64,000 bases of DNA from contig OY970320.1 of NCBI GenBank assembly GCA_963716745.1, forward strand, positions 448,001 to 512,000. Direction: 5' to 3'. A program made the translations under genes and the position numbers. The DNA comes from an uncultured Gemmatimonadaceae bacterium (GTDB lineage Bacteria > Gemmatimonadota > Gemmatimonadetes > Gemmatimonadales > Gemmatimonadaceae). Each line of letters opens with the position of its first letter. The stretch's first letter is position 1. The notes under the pieces are model-generated. The model did not search any database, was not told the DNA's origin, and saw nothing but the letters and a program-made list of their open reading frames with translations. Shown piece by piece: positions 20,005 through 30,983 of this stretch.

Positions 20005-20095
20005 AATCATGTCAATCTTGTTAATCCTGTCAAATGCCCTTCACGGAGTTTACGACAACAAAATACTAGACAGGATTAACATGATTTGCCGGATT
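20005..20095. repeat. AT-rich palindrome with tandem 9-mer arms
   Basis: AATCATGTC AATCTTGTT AATCCTGTC ... GACAGGATT AACATGATT TGCCGGATT. Confidence 0.8.
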
Positions 20096-20115
20096 GGAAC
20101 TACAACTACCACTTC

Positions 20116-21388
20116 TTACGGTACCGCGGGCGTTGGGCCGAGGCTGAGAATGGTCTGATTGCCGGGCTCATAGAACTCGTGCGCACACCTCGCGCACCGT
20201 CTCGGCTGATATCGAATCGATCAGCGTCAGCGTTTCATCCAGCGTGCGGTAGGGCTCGTCGTACAGCGCGGAGCTCGCGGCGCGGTACATGCGTGAGGTC
20301 ACGCTCTCGAGCGAGAGGGTGACCGAGCCGGCGAGTTGGCGCTTGCCCGATGCGAGTTCTTCCTCGGTCAGCGAATCGGCGGCAAGCCGCGCGAGTTCCT
20401 CGCGCACGGCGTTCGCCGCGGCGGCCGCGGTGTCGGGACCGGTGCCCACGTACACGCCGTGCACGCCCGTATCGGGATGGAACGTCTGGAAGGTGTGCAC
20501 GTCGTAGGCGAGCCCCAGCTCCTCACGCACACGCTGGAACAGTCGTGAGCTCATGCCGCCGCCGAGCATCGTGTCCACGAGCGCCACCGCGTAGCGCCGC
20601 GGATCGCCGTAGGCTACGGTGGGCGAGCCGAACACAATGTGCGTCTGCGCGCCTTCGCGCTGCACGTGCTGCGCGCCCGGCTTCGTGGGCGCGAGCGCCG
20701 GCGCCTTGAGTGCGTTCGTCTCGCCGCGCGGGCGATCCGCCCAGCCCGTGCGCTCGAGCGCGGTGAGCAGCGCATCGTGCTCGACATTGCCCGCGCACGC
20801 GACGACGATCTGCGGCGGGTGGTACGCCCGCTCGTGCAATTCCTTCAACTCCTTCACGCCGAGCTTCGCCACGCTGTCGCGCGTGCCAAGGATCTGATAG
20901 CCGTACGGGTGCTTGCCCCACATCGCCTCGTTGTGCAGCTCGAACACGAGATCGTCCGGCGTGTCCTCCACCATGCCGATCTCCTCGAGCACCACTTTGC
21001 GCTCGAGCTTGAGATCGCTCGCGCGCAGCAACGGCTCGAACACGAGATCGCCCACCACGTCGGCGGCGATCTCGAGGTGCATGTCGAGCACGCGCGCCTG
21101 ATACGCCGTGTGCTCGCGCGCCGTGTACGCGTCCAGCGAGCCGCCCAGCGTCTCGAGCGACAGCGCGATCTCGGGCGCGGTGCGCTTGGCCGTCCCCTTG
21201 AACACCATGTGCTCGAGGAGATGCGACACGCCCATCCGATCGCGCGGCTCGTGCACGGATGCGGCGCGCACCCATGCCCCGAATGCGACCGACCGCACTC
21301 CCGGAACCATCTCCGAGAGTACGGTCAGGCCGTTCGGCAGCGTGGTGCGTCTCAGCCCGTGTTCGGGCGCGGACGACACGACGGTCAC
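20116..21388 (-). CDS. M16 family (pitrilysin-like) zinc peptidase; probable frameshift near 20180
   Basis: HLLEH inverted zincin motif, [16 protein letters not shown]; removing one base extends the C-terminus as [15 protein letters not shown]; lies downstream of pnp. Confidence 0.9.
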
Positions 21389-23562
21389 CGCCGGTCGCGC
21401 CCTCCGCTCCTCGGCCGGCTGCCACGATCGCCGTCTTCACGGCGAGGACGCGGCGCGCGCTCGGGCTCGTCCGGCATGCCCTCGGGCTTCGGGATCAGCG
21501 CCTTCATCGACAGGCGCATCTTCCCGCGCTCATCGCGGTCGAGGACCTTCACGCGCACGGTGTCGCCGCGCTTCACGACGTCTTCCGTCTTCTCGGTGCG
21601 GCCCCACGCCAACTCGGAGATGTGTACGAGGCCTTCCGTGCCCGGCATGATCTCGACGAACGCGCCGAAGGCCGTCGTGTTCTTCACGGTGCCCTCGTAG
21701 ATCGCGCCGATCTCGGCTTCCACGGTGAGCGCCGCCACCATCTGCTTCGCGCGCTCCATCGCTTCGGCGCCCACGGCGGCGATCGTCACCACCCCATTGT
21801 CGTCCACGGTGAGCTGCGCGCCCGTCTCGTCCTGGATGCCGCGGATCGTCTTGCCCTTCGGACCGATCAGGTCGCCGATCTTCTCGGGGCTGATCTTCAC
21901 GGTCACGATGCGCGGCGCCCACTGCGACAGATCAGCGCGCGGTTCCGCGAGCGCCTTGGCCATTTCGCCGAGGATGTGCAGGCGGCCTTCCTTCGCCTGC
22001 GCCAGCGCCTCGCGCATGATCTGCAGATCGAGGCCCTCGATCTTGATGTCCATCTGGATGGACGTGATCCCCTGGTCCGTGCCGGCGACCTTGAAGTCCA
22101 TGTCGCCGAGGTGATCCTCGGTGCCGAGGATATCGGTGAGGATCGCGTACTTGCTGCCTTCCTTGATGAGTCCCATCGCGACGCCGGCAACGGCGGCCGG
22201 ATACGGCACGCCGGCATCGAACAGCGCCAGCGAGCCGCCGCAGATCGACGCCATGCTCGACGACCCGTTCGACTCGAGGATGTCGCTCGACGATGCGAAC
22301 GGTGTACGGGAACTCCTCGTTCGTGGGCAGCAGCGCCTGGATCGCGCGCTCGGCCAGGTTGCCGTGTCCGATCTCGCGGCGGCTGGTGCCGCGCATCGGC
22401 CGCACTTCGCCCGTGGAGAACGGCGGGAAGTTGTAGTGGAGCATGAAGCTCTTCGTGGTCTCGGCCGCGTCATCGATCGAATCCGTGCGCTGCGCATCCT
22501 TGGCGGTGCCGAGCGTGACCGCGACGAGCGCCTGCGTCTGGCCGCGCGTGAAGAGCGCGGAGCCGTGGGCGCGCGGCAGAATGCCGGTCTCGATCGTGAT
22601 CGGGCGCACTTCGTTGAGCTTGCGGCCGTCCACGCGCTCGTTGGTGTCGAGCACCTGCGCGCGGAGCTCGTTGTACTCGTGGTCGCCCACGAGATTGCCG
22701 ATCTCCTTGGCGTTCTCGGGGAACTCGGCGCCGAGCGCGGCGATCACTTCGCTCTTCACGGCCTCGACGGCCTCAATGCGCGCGTGCTTGTCCTTCTGGT
22801 TGATCGCGGTGCGGATGCGCTCCTTCGTCTGTTCGGCGACGCGGGCCACGAGAGCCTCGGCCGGAACCGACTTCGTCCACGACATCTTGGGCTGCGCGCC
22901 TTGTCGAGGATCTCATTCTGCATGGCGATGAGTTCCTGGATCGACTTGTGCGCGAGCGTGATGCCTTCGACCACATCATCTTCGGTGACTTCGAGCGCGC
23001 CGCCCTCCACCATCACGATCGAATCCTTCGATCCGGTGATGATGAGGTCCATGTCGCTGTACTCGAGCTGCTGGAAGGTTGGGTTGATCGCCCACTTGCC
23101 TTCGAGGCGGCCGATGCGGACGCCGGCGAGCGGCTGGCCGAACGGGATCTTGGACGCGTTGAGCGCGAGCGACACCGCGAGGAGCGACGGCACGTCGGCG
23201 TCGTTCTGCTGGTCGGCGGAGACGACATAGACGAAGACCTGCACTTCGTTCTTGAAGCCTTCCGGGAAGAGCGGGCGGATCGAGCGGTCGATGATGCGCG
23301 CCGAGAGGATCTCGTCGTCGTGCGGGCGTCCTTCGCGCTTGATGAAGCCGCCCGGGATCTTGCCGGCGGCGTATGACTTTTCCTTGTACTCGACCGTCAA
23401 AGGGAAGAACGGGAGATGGCTGATGTTGTCGCTGACCGTGACGGCCGCGATGACCATGGTTTCGCCGTACTGGACCATGGCGGAGCCGGCGGCCTGCTTG
23501 GCCATTTTGCCGGTCTCGATGATGAGCTTGCGCCCGGCGAATTCCTTTTCAATGCGCTGCAT
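21385..23562 (-). CDS. pnp: Polyribonucleotide nucleotidyltransferase (two frameshifts, near 22895 and 22289)
   Basis: [55 protein letters not shown] and S1 domains. Confidence 0.96.
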
Positions 23563-23643
23563 TTCGTGTTCTCGTCTCAGGGATGTACAAAAGCGCGCGG
23601 GGACCGCATGGGGCGCCCGCGCGCTGGCCGAAAGGCCGGTGGG

Positions 23644-23904
23644 TTAGTGGCGGAGACCAAGCTCGTCGATGAGCTTCCGGTATCCCGTCACGTCGGTCCG
23701 CTTCATGTAGTCGAGAAGACGGCGGCGTTTGCCGACCATCTTGAGCAGCCCGCGGCGGCCGTGGTTGTCCTTCTTGTGGGCGCGGAAGTGCTCCGTCAGG
23801 TAATTGATCCGCTCGGTCAGAAGCGCGACCTGCAGTTTCGTGGAGCCGCTGTCCTTCTCGTGGGTACGATGCTTCTCGATGAGCGCTGCTTTTTCGAACG
23901 CCAT
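23644..23904 (-). CDS. rpsO: 30S ribosomal protein S15
   Basis: [38 protein letters not shown]. Confidence 0.98.
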   Translation of the reverse strand: MAFEKAALIEKHRTHEKDSGSTKLQVALLTERINYLTEHFRAHKKDNHGRRGLLKMVGKRRRLLDYMKRTDVTGYRKLIDELGLRH

Positions 23905-23967
23905 AACAGGTATTTCTCCGCCGGTATTTCCACTGCGCGTTGTGCGCCGAATCCGTTGTAGCATAGG

Positions 23968-23996
23968 AATTTACTCCCCTTGGCCTCCCCTGTAAA
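23968..23996 (-). promoter_or_regulatory. sigma70 promoter of rpsO-pnp
   Basis: TTTACA-N17-TAAATT. Confidence 0.65.
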
Positions 23997-24007
23997 GTCT
24001 CCCCTCC

Positions 24008-25564
24008 GTGCCTGATCGCTATCTCGGGCGCCATCTTGGCCGCTTCCGCGTGGACGCCATCGTCGGCTCCGGCGGTTTCGCCTGGGTCTACAAGGGGTAC
24101 GACCCCGAATTGGACATTCCCGTGGCGATCAAGGTCCTCAAGCCCCAATTCGCGGGCGAGGCGACCTTCGAGACGCGCTTCCGGCACGAGGCATCGATCG
24201 CGGCCAAGCTGCGGCACCCGAACATCATCCGGATCCTGGCCGTGGGGCGCGAAGGGACGGCGGTGTACTTCGTCATGGACTTCCTGCCCACCGGCCTCGA
24301 CGGCCGCCTCGAGATGCTGGGCACGCTGCCCGAGACGCTGCTCATCCGCATGGGAATGGACGTGGCCGCGGCGCTCGCGTTCGCGCACCGCGAGGGCGTG
24401 ATCCACCGCGACATCAAGACCGACAACATCCTGTTCGATGAGCACGGCAACGCGATCGTCGCGGATTTCGGGATCGCGCGCGCGGTGAGCGGCTACGTGG
24501 ACCAGACCGGCACGAACATGGTGGTGGGCACGCCGCAGTATTTCTCGCCGGAGCAGGCGCGCGGGCAGACGCTCGACGGGCGCGCCGACATCTATTCGCT
24601 GGGCGTGACGCTCTTCCGGGCGAGCGCCGGCGTGCTCCCCTTCCGCGGCGACGACTGGTACGAGATCGCGCGGCAGCATGTGGAGGACCGGCCGCCGCGG
24701 CCGCGCGAGTTCAATCCCGCGCTGTCGGACGAAGTCGAGCGGATCATCCTCAAGTGCCTCGAGAAGGATCCGAACGACCGGTATCCCACCGGCGACGCGC
24801 TGCGCACCGAGTTGGTGCAGTTGCTGGGCCGCGCGAGCACACCGGTGGCGCAGCTCGAAAAACTGGGCGATCCGAACGACAGCGCGGCGTTCGACACCAC
24901 GCACAACAAGGAGAAGTGGCGCCGTTATCGCCGCGGCACCGTCGCCGTGGCCACGGCCGCGGTGATCGGCGTCGCCGCGGTCGTGTGGAACGCGCTGCGT
25001 CCGGCGGCGCCCGCACCCGTCACGTCCGGCGGCGAGGCCCTCGCGCCCGTCACCGTGAGCGCGCCGGCGATGAGCGCGTCGGACTCGGCACCGGTGGTCG
25101 TGAGCAAGGCCGGAGCGCATACGCTGCGCGTGCACGCGCCCGCGGGCGCCGAGGTCAGCATCGATGGCAATGTGGTGGCCACCGGCAGCTGGAAGAGCGA
25201 CTCGATCGCGCCGGGTGCACACACGGTGTCCGCGTCGGTGCACGCGATCCCCGGCTGCAACTCGGCGCGCCAGGAAGTGAAGACCAAGGTGCAGCCGGCC
25301 GGGACCACGAGCGTGACGATCACGCCGCGCGAGTGCGGCTACTTCTCACTCGACGCCCTGCCCGCCGCGGCGAACTTTACGCTCGCAGGTCCCACCGGCA
25401 GCATCGCGGCGCATGGCGTGGTGGCGAAAGTCAAACCGCTCGTGGTGCCGGTGGGGAAATACACGCTGCACGTGACGGCGCCGTACTGCGCGGAATTCAG
25501 GGGAGCGGCGACGATATCGGCGGGGAAGACGAGACGCGAACGAGTACGGCTCATCTGCAAATAG
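24008..25564 (+). CDS. Hanks-type Ser/Thr protein kinase with TM helix and extracellular PEGA-like beta domains
   Basis: GSGGFAWVY, VAIK, HRDIKTDN, DFGIA, GTPQYFSPEQ. Confidence 0.93.
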   Translation: MPDRYLGRHLGRFRVDAIVGSGGFAWVYKGYDPELDIPVAIKVLKPQFAGEATFETRFRHEASIAAKLRHPNIIRILAVGREGTAVYFVMDFLPTGLDGRLEMLGTLPETLLIRMGMDVAAALAFAHREGVIHRDIKTDNILFDEHGNAIVADFGIARAVSGYVDQTGTNMVVGTPQYFSPEQARGQTLDGRADIYSLGVTLFRASAGVLPFRGDDWYEIARQHVEDRPPRPREFNPALSDEVERIILKCLEKDPNDRYPTGDALRTELVQLLGRASTPVAQLEKLGDPNDSAAFDTTHNKEKWRRYRRGTVAVATAAVIGVAAVVWNALRPAAPAPVTSGGEALAPVTVSAPAMSASDSAPVVVSKAGAHTLRVHAPAGAEVSIDGNVVATGSWKSDSIAPGAHTVSASVHAIPGCNSARQEVKTKVQPAGTTSVTITPRECGYFSLDALPAAANFTLAGPTGSIAAHGVVAKVKPLVVPVGKYTLHVTAPYCAEFRGAATISAGKTRRERVRLICK

Positions 25565-25578
25565 GCGCCAGTGCGACA

Positions 25579-25697
25579 GCCGGGAACCGATTACCGGGAA
25601 CCGGTGCGGCATGACAACGAATGGTATCACGAACTCGCGCGATGTCGTATGCCATGCGTTGTCATGCATCACCGGTTCCCGGTAATCGGTTCCCGGC
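25579..25697. repeat. Long near-perfect hairpin between convergent genes, arms with 7-nt period
   Basis: GCCGGGAACCGATTACCGGGAACCGGTG...CACCGGTTCCCGGTAATCGGTTCCCGGC plus inner GCATGACAACG/CGTTGTCATGC. Confidence 0.9.
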
Positions 25698-25704
25698 AGT
25701 TCGC

Positions 25705-26095
25705 TCATTTCGCGATCACCACCCCAAGCACGATCCCCAGTCCCGTCCCGATCCACACCGCCGGCTGCTGGTACCAATGCTTGCCTGGCGGCTCGAGGAG
25801 TGCGACGAAATCGCGTCGTGATGCGCGTCGTCTGGCCGGTGACCACCGCGGTGGCGAGCGAGCCTGTGACGCGCAGCACCTTGATGCGCGCGACGAGCTG
25901 ATCGTGCTTCGACGGGTCCACCGCGATGCCGCTCATGCCCGGCTTCACCCATGACGCGTCCGCAACACGGAAGTTGATCGTGCTGTCACCCACGGCGCTG
26001 ATCTCGAATCGGAACGCGCCCTGCTGCGCATGTGCGGCACCCGGCGCCGCCGCCACACCGAACATCGCGAGCGCCACCAGGAATCGCCGCGTCAT
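25705..26095 (-). CDS. Hypothetical secreted protein with C-terminal TM anchor (frameshift near 25812)
   Basis: MTRRFLVALA signal peptide; alternative frame gives DFVALLEPPGKHWYQQPAVWIGTGLGIVLGVVIAK*. Confidence 0.6.
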
Positions 26096-27528
26096 TGCTT
26101 CATGAACATGCGGAAGAGCCGCGGGATGTCGTTGAACATCACAACGGCCAGGAGGAGCAGGATGAACGCGAGGCCCGCGCGCATGAGATACTCCTTCGTG
26201 CGCATGCTGAGCGCGCCGCCCTTCACTTGCTCGGCGGCGAGCACGACGATCTGCCCGCCATCGAGCAGCGGCACCGGCAGCAGATTGAACACGGCGAGAT
26301 TGATGCTCAGCAGGCCGAGCAGCGTGACGAGATCGGCCCACCCGCGCTTGGCGGCGTGCGCGGCAGCGCCGCCGATCGCGATCGGTCCGCCGAGTTCTTT
26401 GAACAATGCCCCGCCCGTCGCGAGCTGGCGGAGCGTGCGCAATACGAGACCGCCGGCGTTCCATGTGAGCGCCGCGCCCTGCTCGATCGCGCCGCCCCAT
26501 CCGAGCGGGATCTGGCTCGTGGGCGTGAGCGCGAGCGCGCCGATCTGCCCGACGACCGTATCGCGCACGGGCACACCGCGATGCTTCACCGTGCTGTCCG
26601 GCCGCATGACGAGCGATACCGGTTTGCCCCCGCGCATCACGTCCATGTTCAGTTGTTTGCCCGGCGAACTCTCGATCTGCGTCACCACCTCGCGCCACGA
26701 CGACACGCTTCGGCCATTCACGGTGGTGATGCTGTCCCCGCCGTCGAGTCCGGCGCGCTGCGCCGGCTGGCCGGGCACGACATCGTCGATCACCGGCGGA
26801 ATGAAGTAGTCGATCGCGAGGAGCAGCTGCCCACGCGTCGAGTCGAGCGGCGGACCCACCGGCACCGACACCACGCCCCGCTGCGTGCGCAGCACGAGCG
26901 TGTCGCCCGGAAGCGACTCGACGGCCGCCGCGAACTCGTTCCAATTGGCCACCGAACGCGCGCCCACGGCGAGCAGACTGTCGCCGGGCTGGAGTGACGC
27001 GAGCTGCGGCATGCTCGCGGGCGCGTTCACGCCGCCCACGACACGCGTGAGCAATATCGGACGGCCCTCCGCCTTCGCGAGCCCTGTGAAGAGCACGAAG
27101 CCGAGCACGACGTTCATCGTCACGCCCGCAACGAGAATGAACAGCCGCGCGAGGAAACTCTTCGACTCGAACCAGCGGTCGGGCGGCACCGGCTTCGGAC
27201 CGAAGGGCGCCATGCCATTCGGGTCCCAGTAGCGCGGCTTCTTCGCGTCGCCCTCTGCCACCGGCTGCTCGGCGCCGCCTTCGATGAACGCCATCGTCTC
27301 GTCGTCTTTCGACGCCATGCGCACGTACCCGCCCAGCGGCACGGCGGCGATCATGTACTCCGTTTCGCCCCACTTGCGGCTGATGAGCGCGGAACCGAAT
27401 CCGATCGAGAAGCGCGGCGCGTAGACGCCCATGAGCTTCGCCGCGATGAAATGTCCCAGCTCGTGGATGAACACCACGAGCCCGAACACGAGCGCGATCG
27501 CGCCAACAGAGCGCACGAAATCGATCAT
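26092..27528 (-). CDS. rseP: RIP metalloprotease RseP
   Basis: HELGH, PLGGYVRM, PDZ domains, NLLPVPLLDGG. Confidence 0.96.
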   Translation of the reverse strand: MIDFVRSVGAIALVFGLVVFIHELGHFIAAKLMGVYAPRFSIGFGSALISRKWGETEYMIAAVPLGGYVRMASKDDETMAFIEGGAEQPVAEGDAKKPRYWDPNGMAPFGPKPVPPDRWFESKSFLARLFILVAGVTMNVVLGFVLFTGLAKAEGRPILLTRVVGGVNAPASMPQLASLQPGDSLLAVGARSVANWNEFAAAVESLPGDTLVLRTQRGVVSVPVGPPLDSTRGQLLLAIDYFIPPVIDDVVPGQPAQRAGLDGGDSITTVNGRSVSSWREVVTQIESSPGKQLNMDVMRGGKPVSLVMRPDSTVKHRGVPVRDTVVGQIGALALTPTSQIPLGWGGAIEQGAALTWNAGGLVLRTLRQLATGGALFKELGGPIAIGGAAAHAAKRGWADLVTLLGLLSINLAVFNLLPVPLLDGGQIVVLAAEQVKGGALSMRTKEYLMRAGLAFILLLLAVVMFNDIPRLFRMFMKQ

Positions 27529-28658
27529 TGGAACAGCTCTCGCACCACGCGTCGCGCCTCCTGATCGGCCGTGAGCAGCGCCTCGCGCGAGCCGCCGGAT
27601 GAACCGCTGAGCGTCTCGAGCGCCCGCGCGATGGCGCGCGGGATGTCGCCGAAGGTGGCACGCCCCTCGAGGAAGAGCGCGACCGCCTGTTCGTTCGCCG
27701 CATTGAATATCGCCGGGAGCGCACCGCCGGCGCGACCCGCGTCGATGCCGAGCTGCAGCGCGGGGAAATCGCTCGCGCGCACCCGCTCGAAGGTGAGCGG
27801 CGACAGTTCCACCGGATCGAAGGGCGGCACACCCGTGTCGGCCACGCGCTCGGGATGCGTGAGCGCATACAGCACCGGCAGCTCCATGCTCGGCGCGCCC
27901 ATCTGCGCGAGCACGCTGCCATCCACGAACTCCACCATCGAGTGCACCACGCTCTGCGGGTGCACCACGATCTCGATGCGATCGTACGGGAGGCCGAACA
28001 GGAAATGCGCTTCGATCACCTCGAGCGCCTTGTTCGCGAGCGTCGCGCTGTCAATGGTGATCTTGCGGCCCATGCGCCACGTCGGATGCTGCAGCGCATC
28101 GGCGACCGTCGCGCGCGCGAGGCGCTCTTTCGTCCAATCGCGGAAGGGGCCGCCGCTCGCCGTGATCAGCAGGCGGCGAATGTCGGTGGCCGGCCGCCCC
28201 GCGATGCACTGCAGGATCGCGCTGTGCTCGCTGTCCACGGGCACGATCTCGCCGCCGCCGGCGCGGCACGCCGCGGCCACCAGTTCGCCGGCCACCACGA
28301 GCGTCTCCTTGTTCGCGAGCGCCACGCGCTTCCCCGCCCGCACCGCCGCGAGCGTCGCGTCGAGGCCCGCGGCGCCGACGATCGCATTCAGCACGATCGC
28401 CACGTCCTTCTGCTGCACGGCCTCTACGAGACAGCCCGCTCCCTCGCGCCATCCCGCCGGATGCGCGGCGCCATTCCGCACCACGCCCACGAAGGACGGA
28501 TGGTAGATCGCCGCCTGCTCGCCCAGCAGCGCCGCGTTGGAGAACGCCGTGAGCGCGGCGACATGGAAGCGGTCGGTGTGCCGCGCGAGCACGCGCAGCG
28601 CGGTCGTGCCGATCGATCCCGTGGAGCCGAGGATCGCCACGCCGCGCGTCTTCTTCAT
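27525..28658 (-). CDS. dxr: 1-deoxy-D-xylulose 5-phosphate reductoisomerase
   Basis: LGSTGSIG, LANKE, PVDSEH, HPTWRMGRKITIDSAT. Confidence 0.97.
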   Translation of the reverse strand: MKKTRGVAILGSTGSIGTTALRVLARHTDRFHVAALTAFSNAALLGEQAAIYHPSFVGVVRNGAAHPAGWREGAGCLVEAVQQKDVAIVLNAIVGAAGLDATLAAVRAGKRVALANKETLVVAGELVAAACRAGGGEIVPVDSEHSAILQCIAGRPATDIRRLLITASGGPFRDWTKERLARATVADALQHPTWRMGRKITIDSATLANKALEVIEAHFLFGLPYDRIEIVVHPQSVVHSMVEFVDGSVLAQMGAPSMELPVLYALTHPERVADTGVPPFDPVELSPLTFERVRASDFPALQLGIDAGRAGGALPAIFNAANEQAVALFLEGRATFGDIPRAIARALETLSGSSGGSREALLTADQEARRVVRELFQ

Positions 28659-29527
28659 CGCACCACCGGCAGCAGCACGTGCGGGAAGGTGAACAGGAAA
28701 TACGCGGCGGGGACCACGAAGAGCAGACTGTCGATCCGGTCGAGCATGCCGCCGTGCCCCGGGATGATGCGCGAGCTGTCCTTCACGCCCGCCTCGCGCT
28801 TGAGGAGCGATTCGGCGAGATCGCCCACCTGCGCGGCCACGGAGAGCGCCGCGCCCACGAGGAGCGCGACTGCGGGCGCCATCGCGAGGCTGGCGTTGGG
28901 CACGAGCACCCAGTGCATGTAGCTCCAGCTCACGAGCATCGCGGCAACGAGTCCGCCGATCGCGCCTTCGACCGTTTTCGCCGGGCTGACCGACGGCATC
29001 AGCTTCCGGCGACCGAGCGCGCGCCCCGCGAAATACGCCGCGATGTCGGTGCTCCACGCGATGATGAGCGGGTAGAACAGCAGCGCCGTGCCGGCGCGCG
29101 CGCCGATGGCGTAGTCGTGATAGCGGAGCGCGTACGCGAACGAGAGCATGCCGGCCGTGTAGAGCACGGCGAACACGCTCACCGCCGCGGCGCCGAGCGG
29201 CCGCGCGCCGGGCGCGCGACGGAACAGCGATCCCACGAGCGACGCGAGCACGATCATCGCGCTGAACGCCAGCACCGGCGGCGTGAACGCGCCGGTGAGG
29301 TACCCATGGACGGCCAGCGGCGTGAGCGCCGCGATGACGACGACGCCGCCGGTGAACGGCGCGTAGCCGGCCGCGGCGGCGAGGCGGCAGCATTCCCATG
29401 CCGCGAGCGCGGATGCGACCGCGAGCAGCGTCGCGAGCGCCGCGCCGCCGAGCCAGATGGCCGCGCCGACGACCGGGATCGCGACGACCGCGAAGAGCAC
29501 GCGGGTCGCGAGATTGGACAGGGCCAC
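28655..29527 (-). CDS. cdsA: Phosphatidate cytidylyltransferase
   Basis: SPAKTVEG, GDLAESLLKREAGVKDS..IPGHGGMLDRIDS. Confidence 0.96.
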   Translation of the reverse strand: MALSNLATRVLFAVVAIPVVGAAIWLGGAALATLLAVASALAAWECCRLAAAAGYAPFTGGVVVIAALTPLAVHGYLTGAFTPPVLAFSAMIVLASLVGSLFRRAPGARPLGAAAVSVFAVLYTAGMLSFAYALRYHDYAIGARAGTALLFYPLIIAWSTDIAAYFAGRALGRRKLMPSVSPAKTVEGAIGGLVAAMLVSWSYMHWVLVPNASLAMAPAVALLVGAALSVAAQVGDLAESLLKREAGVKDSSRIIPGHGGMLDRIDSLLFVVPAAYFLFTFPHVLLPVVR

Positions 29528-30270
29528 TACGCGGTGACGCGCCCGAAGCGGCGGTCGCGATTCTGGAAATCGAGGATCGCCTCGTACAACTCGCGCCGGC
29601 CGAAATTCGGCCAGAGCACGGGCGACATGAACAGCTCGGCGTACGCGAGCTGCCAGAGCAGGAAGTTCGAGATCCGCTGTTCGCCCGACGTGCGAATGAG
29701 GAGATCGGGATCGGGGCCGTCGGCCGTGTAGAGGCGCGAGCGGATCGCCTCTTCATCCACGTCTTCGGGACGCATCCGTCCGGCCTGCACATCCTCGGCG
29801 ATGCGCTGCGCCGCGCGCGCGATCTCGGCGCGGCTGCCATACGAGATGAAGAGATTGAGCGTGAGCCGGTCGTTGTGCGCCGTGCGCTCGACGAGCGTGG
29901 CGGCGGCCGCCGCGGCGGCGGGCGTGAGACGGGCGAGATCGCCGAGCACTTGCACGCGCACCCCCTGCTCCGCGAGTTCGCTGGCCTCGCGCGCGATGTA
30001 CTCCTCGAGCAGCGACATGAGCGCCTGGATCTCCATCGGCGGCCGCTGCCAGTTCTCCTGCGAGAATGCGAAGAGCGACAGTACCTCGAGCCCCGCCTCG
30101 ATCGCCCCTTCCACCACCTCGCGCACGGCCTTCATCCCCGAGCGATGTCCCAGCGGCCGCGGCAGATTCCGCTCGCGCGCCCACCTTCCATTCCCATCCA
30201 TGATGATGGCAACGTGGCGCGGGATGGCGCCGTTGAGCTTGATCTTGTCGAGGAGTTCGTCGGATTCCAT
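29527..30270 (-). CDS. uppS: Undecaprenyl diphosphate synthase
   Basis: HVAIIMDGNGRWA, FSQENWQRP, DLLIRTSGEQRISNFLLWQ. Confidence 0.97.
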   Translation of the reverse strand: MESDELLDKIKLNGAIPRHVAIIMDGNGRWARERNLPRPLGHRSGMKAVREVVEGAIEAGLEVLSLFAFSQENWQRPPMEIQALMSLLEEYIAREASELAEQGVRVQVLGDLARLTPAAAAAAATLVERTAHNDRLTLNLFISYGSRAEIARAAQRIAEDVQAGRMRPEDVDEEAIRSRLYTADGPDPDLLIRTSGEQRISNFLLWQLAYAELFMSPVLWPNFGRRELYEAILDFQNRDRRFGRVTA

Positions 30271-30311
30271 GGCTTTTTGAATTTGACCGGGGGCCAAGGT
30301 GAAGTCAAACA

Positions 30312-30429
30312 AACGACGCGGGAAGCGGGAAGCGGGAAGCGCCGCGGGAATCGAGAACAGCCGGGAAGCATATTCCCCGTCAGTTATCGCTCCTCGCGGC
30401 GCTTCCCGCTTCCCGCTTCCCGCGTCGTT
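30312..30429. repeat. Palindromic (GGGAAGC)n element, copy 3
   Basis: AACGACGC(GGGAAGC)3GCCGCG...CGCGGC(GCTTCCC)3GCGTCGTT. Confidence 0.9.
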
Positions 30430-30983
30430 CAGACTTCCATCAACTCCGCTTCCTTGTTCTTCACCAGCTCGTCGATCTTCGCGATATGCTCGTCGTGCGC
30501 CTTCTGCAGGTCCTTCTCCGCGTGCTTCTTGTCGTCCTCGGCGACCTTCTCGAGCTTCTTGAGCGCGTCGCGGGCGTTCGTGCGGGCGTGGCGGATCGCC
30601 ACGCGGCCTTCTTCGGCGAGCTTGTGGATCACCTTCACGAGCTCCTTGCGGCGCTCTTCGTTCAGCGAGGGGAGCGGCACGCGGATGATGCCGCCCTGCG
30701 TGGCCGGATCGAGTCCGAGGTGCGACTCGCGGATCCCCTTCTCGATCGCGCTCGTGAGTCCCTTGTCCCAGGGCGTCACCGTAATCAGTCGCGGTTCCGG
30801 CGCGGCGACGCTGGCTACCTGCGTGATCGGCAGCATCTGGCCGTAGGCGTCCACGCGCACGGTGTCGAGCAGCGACGTCGTGGCCTTGCCGCTGCGGATC
30901 GAGGCGAGCTCGCGCTTCGAGCTCTCGAGACCCTTGTCCATCGACACGCGGCAGTCCTTGAGGATCTCGGGTATCGTGCTCAT
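30429..30983 (-). CDS. frr: Ribosome recycling factor
   Basis: IRSGKA, VDAYG, P.LNEERRKELVK. Confidence 0.97.
   Translation of the reverse strand: MSTIPEILKDCRVSMDKGLESSKRELASIRSGKATTSLLDTVRVDAYGQMLPITQVASVAAPEPRLITVTPWDKGLTSAIEKGIRESHLGLDPATQGGIIRVPLPSLNEERRKELVKVIHKLAEEGRVAIRHARTNARDALKKLEKVAEDDKKHAEKDLQKAHDEHIAKIDELVKNKEAELMEV

Noticed and set aside
21385..23562. Programmed ribosomal frameshifting in pnp, ald or dap genes
   Set aside because: No slippery heptamers or stimulatory structures seen at the shift sites, and too many unrelated genes are affected.
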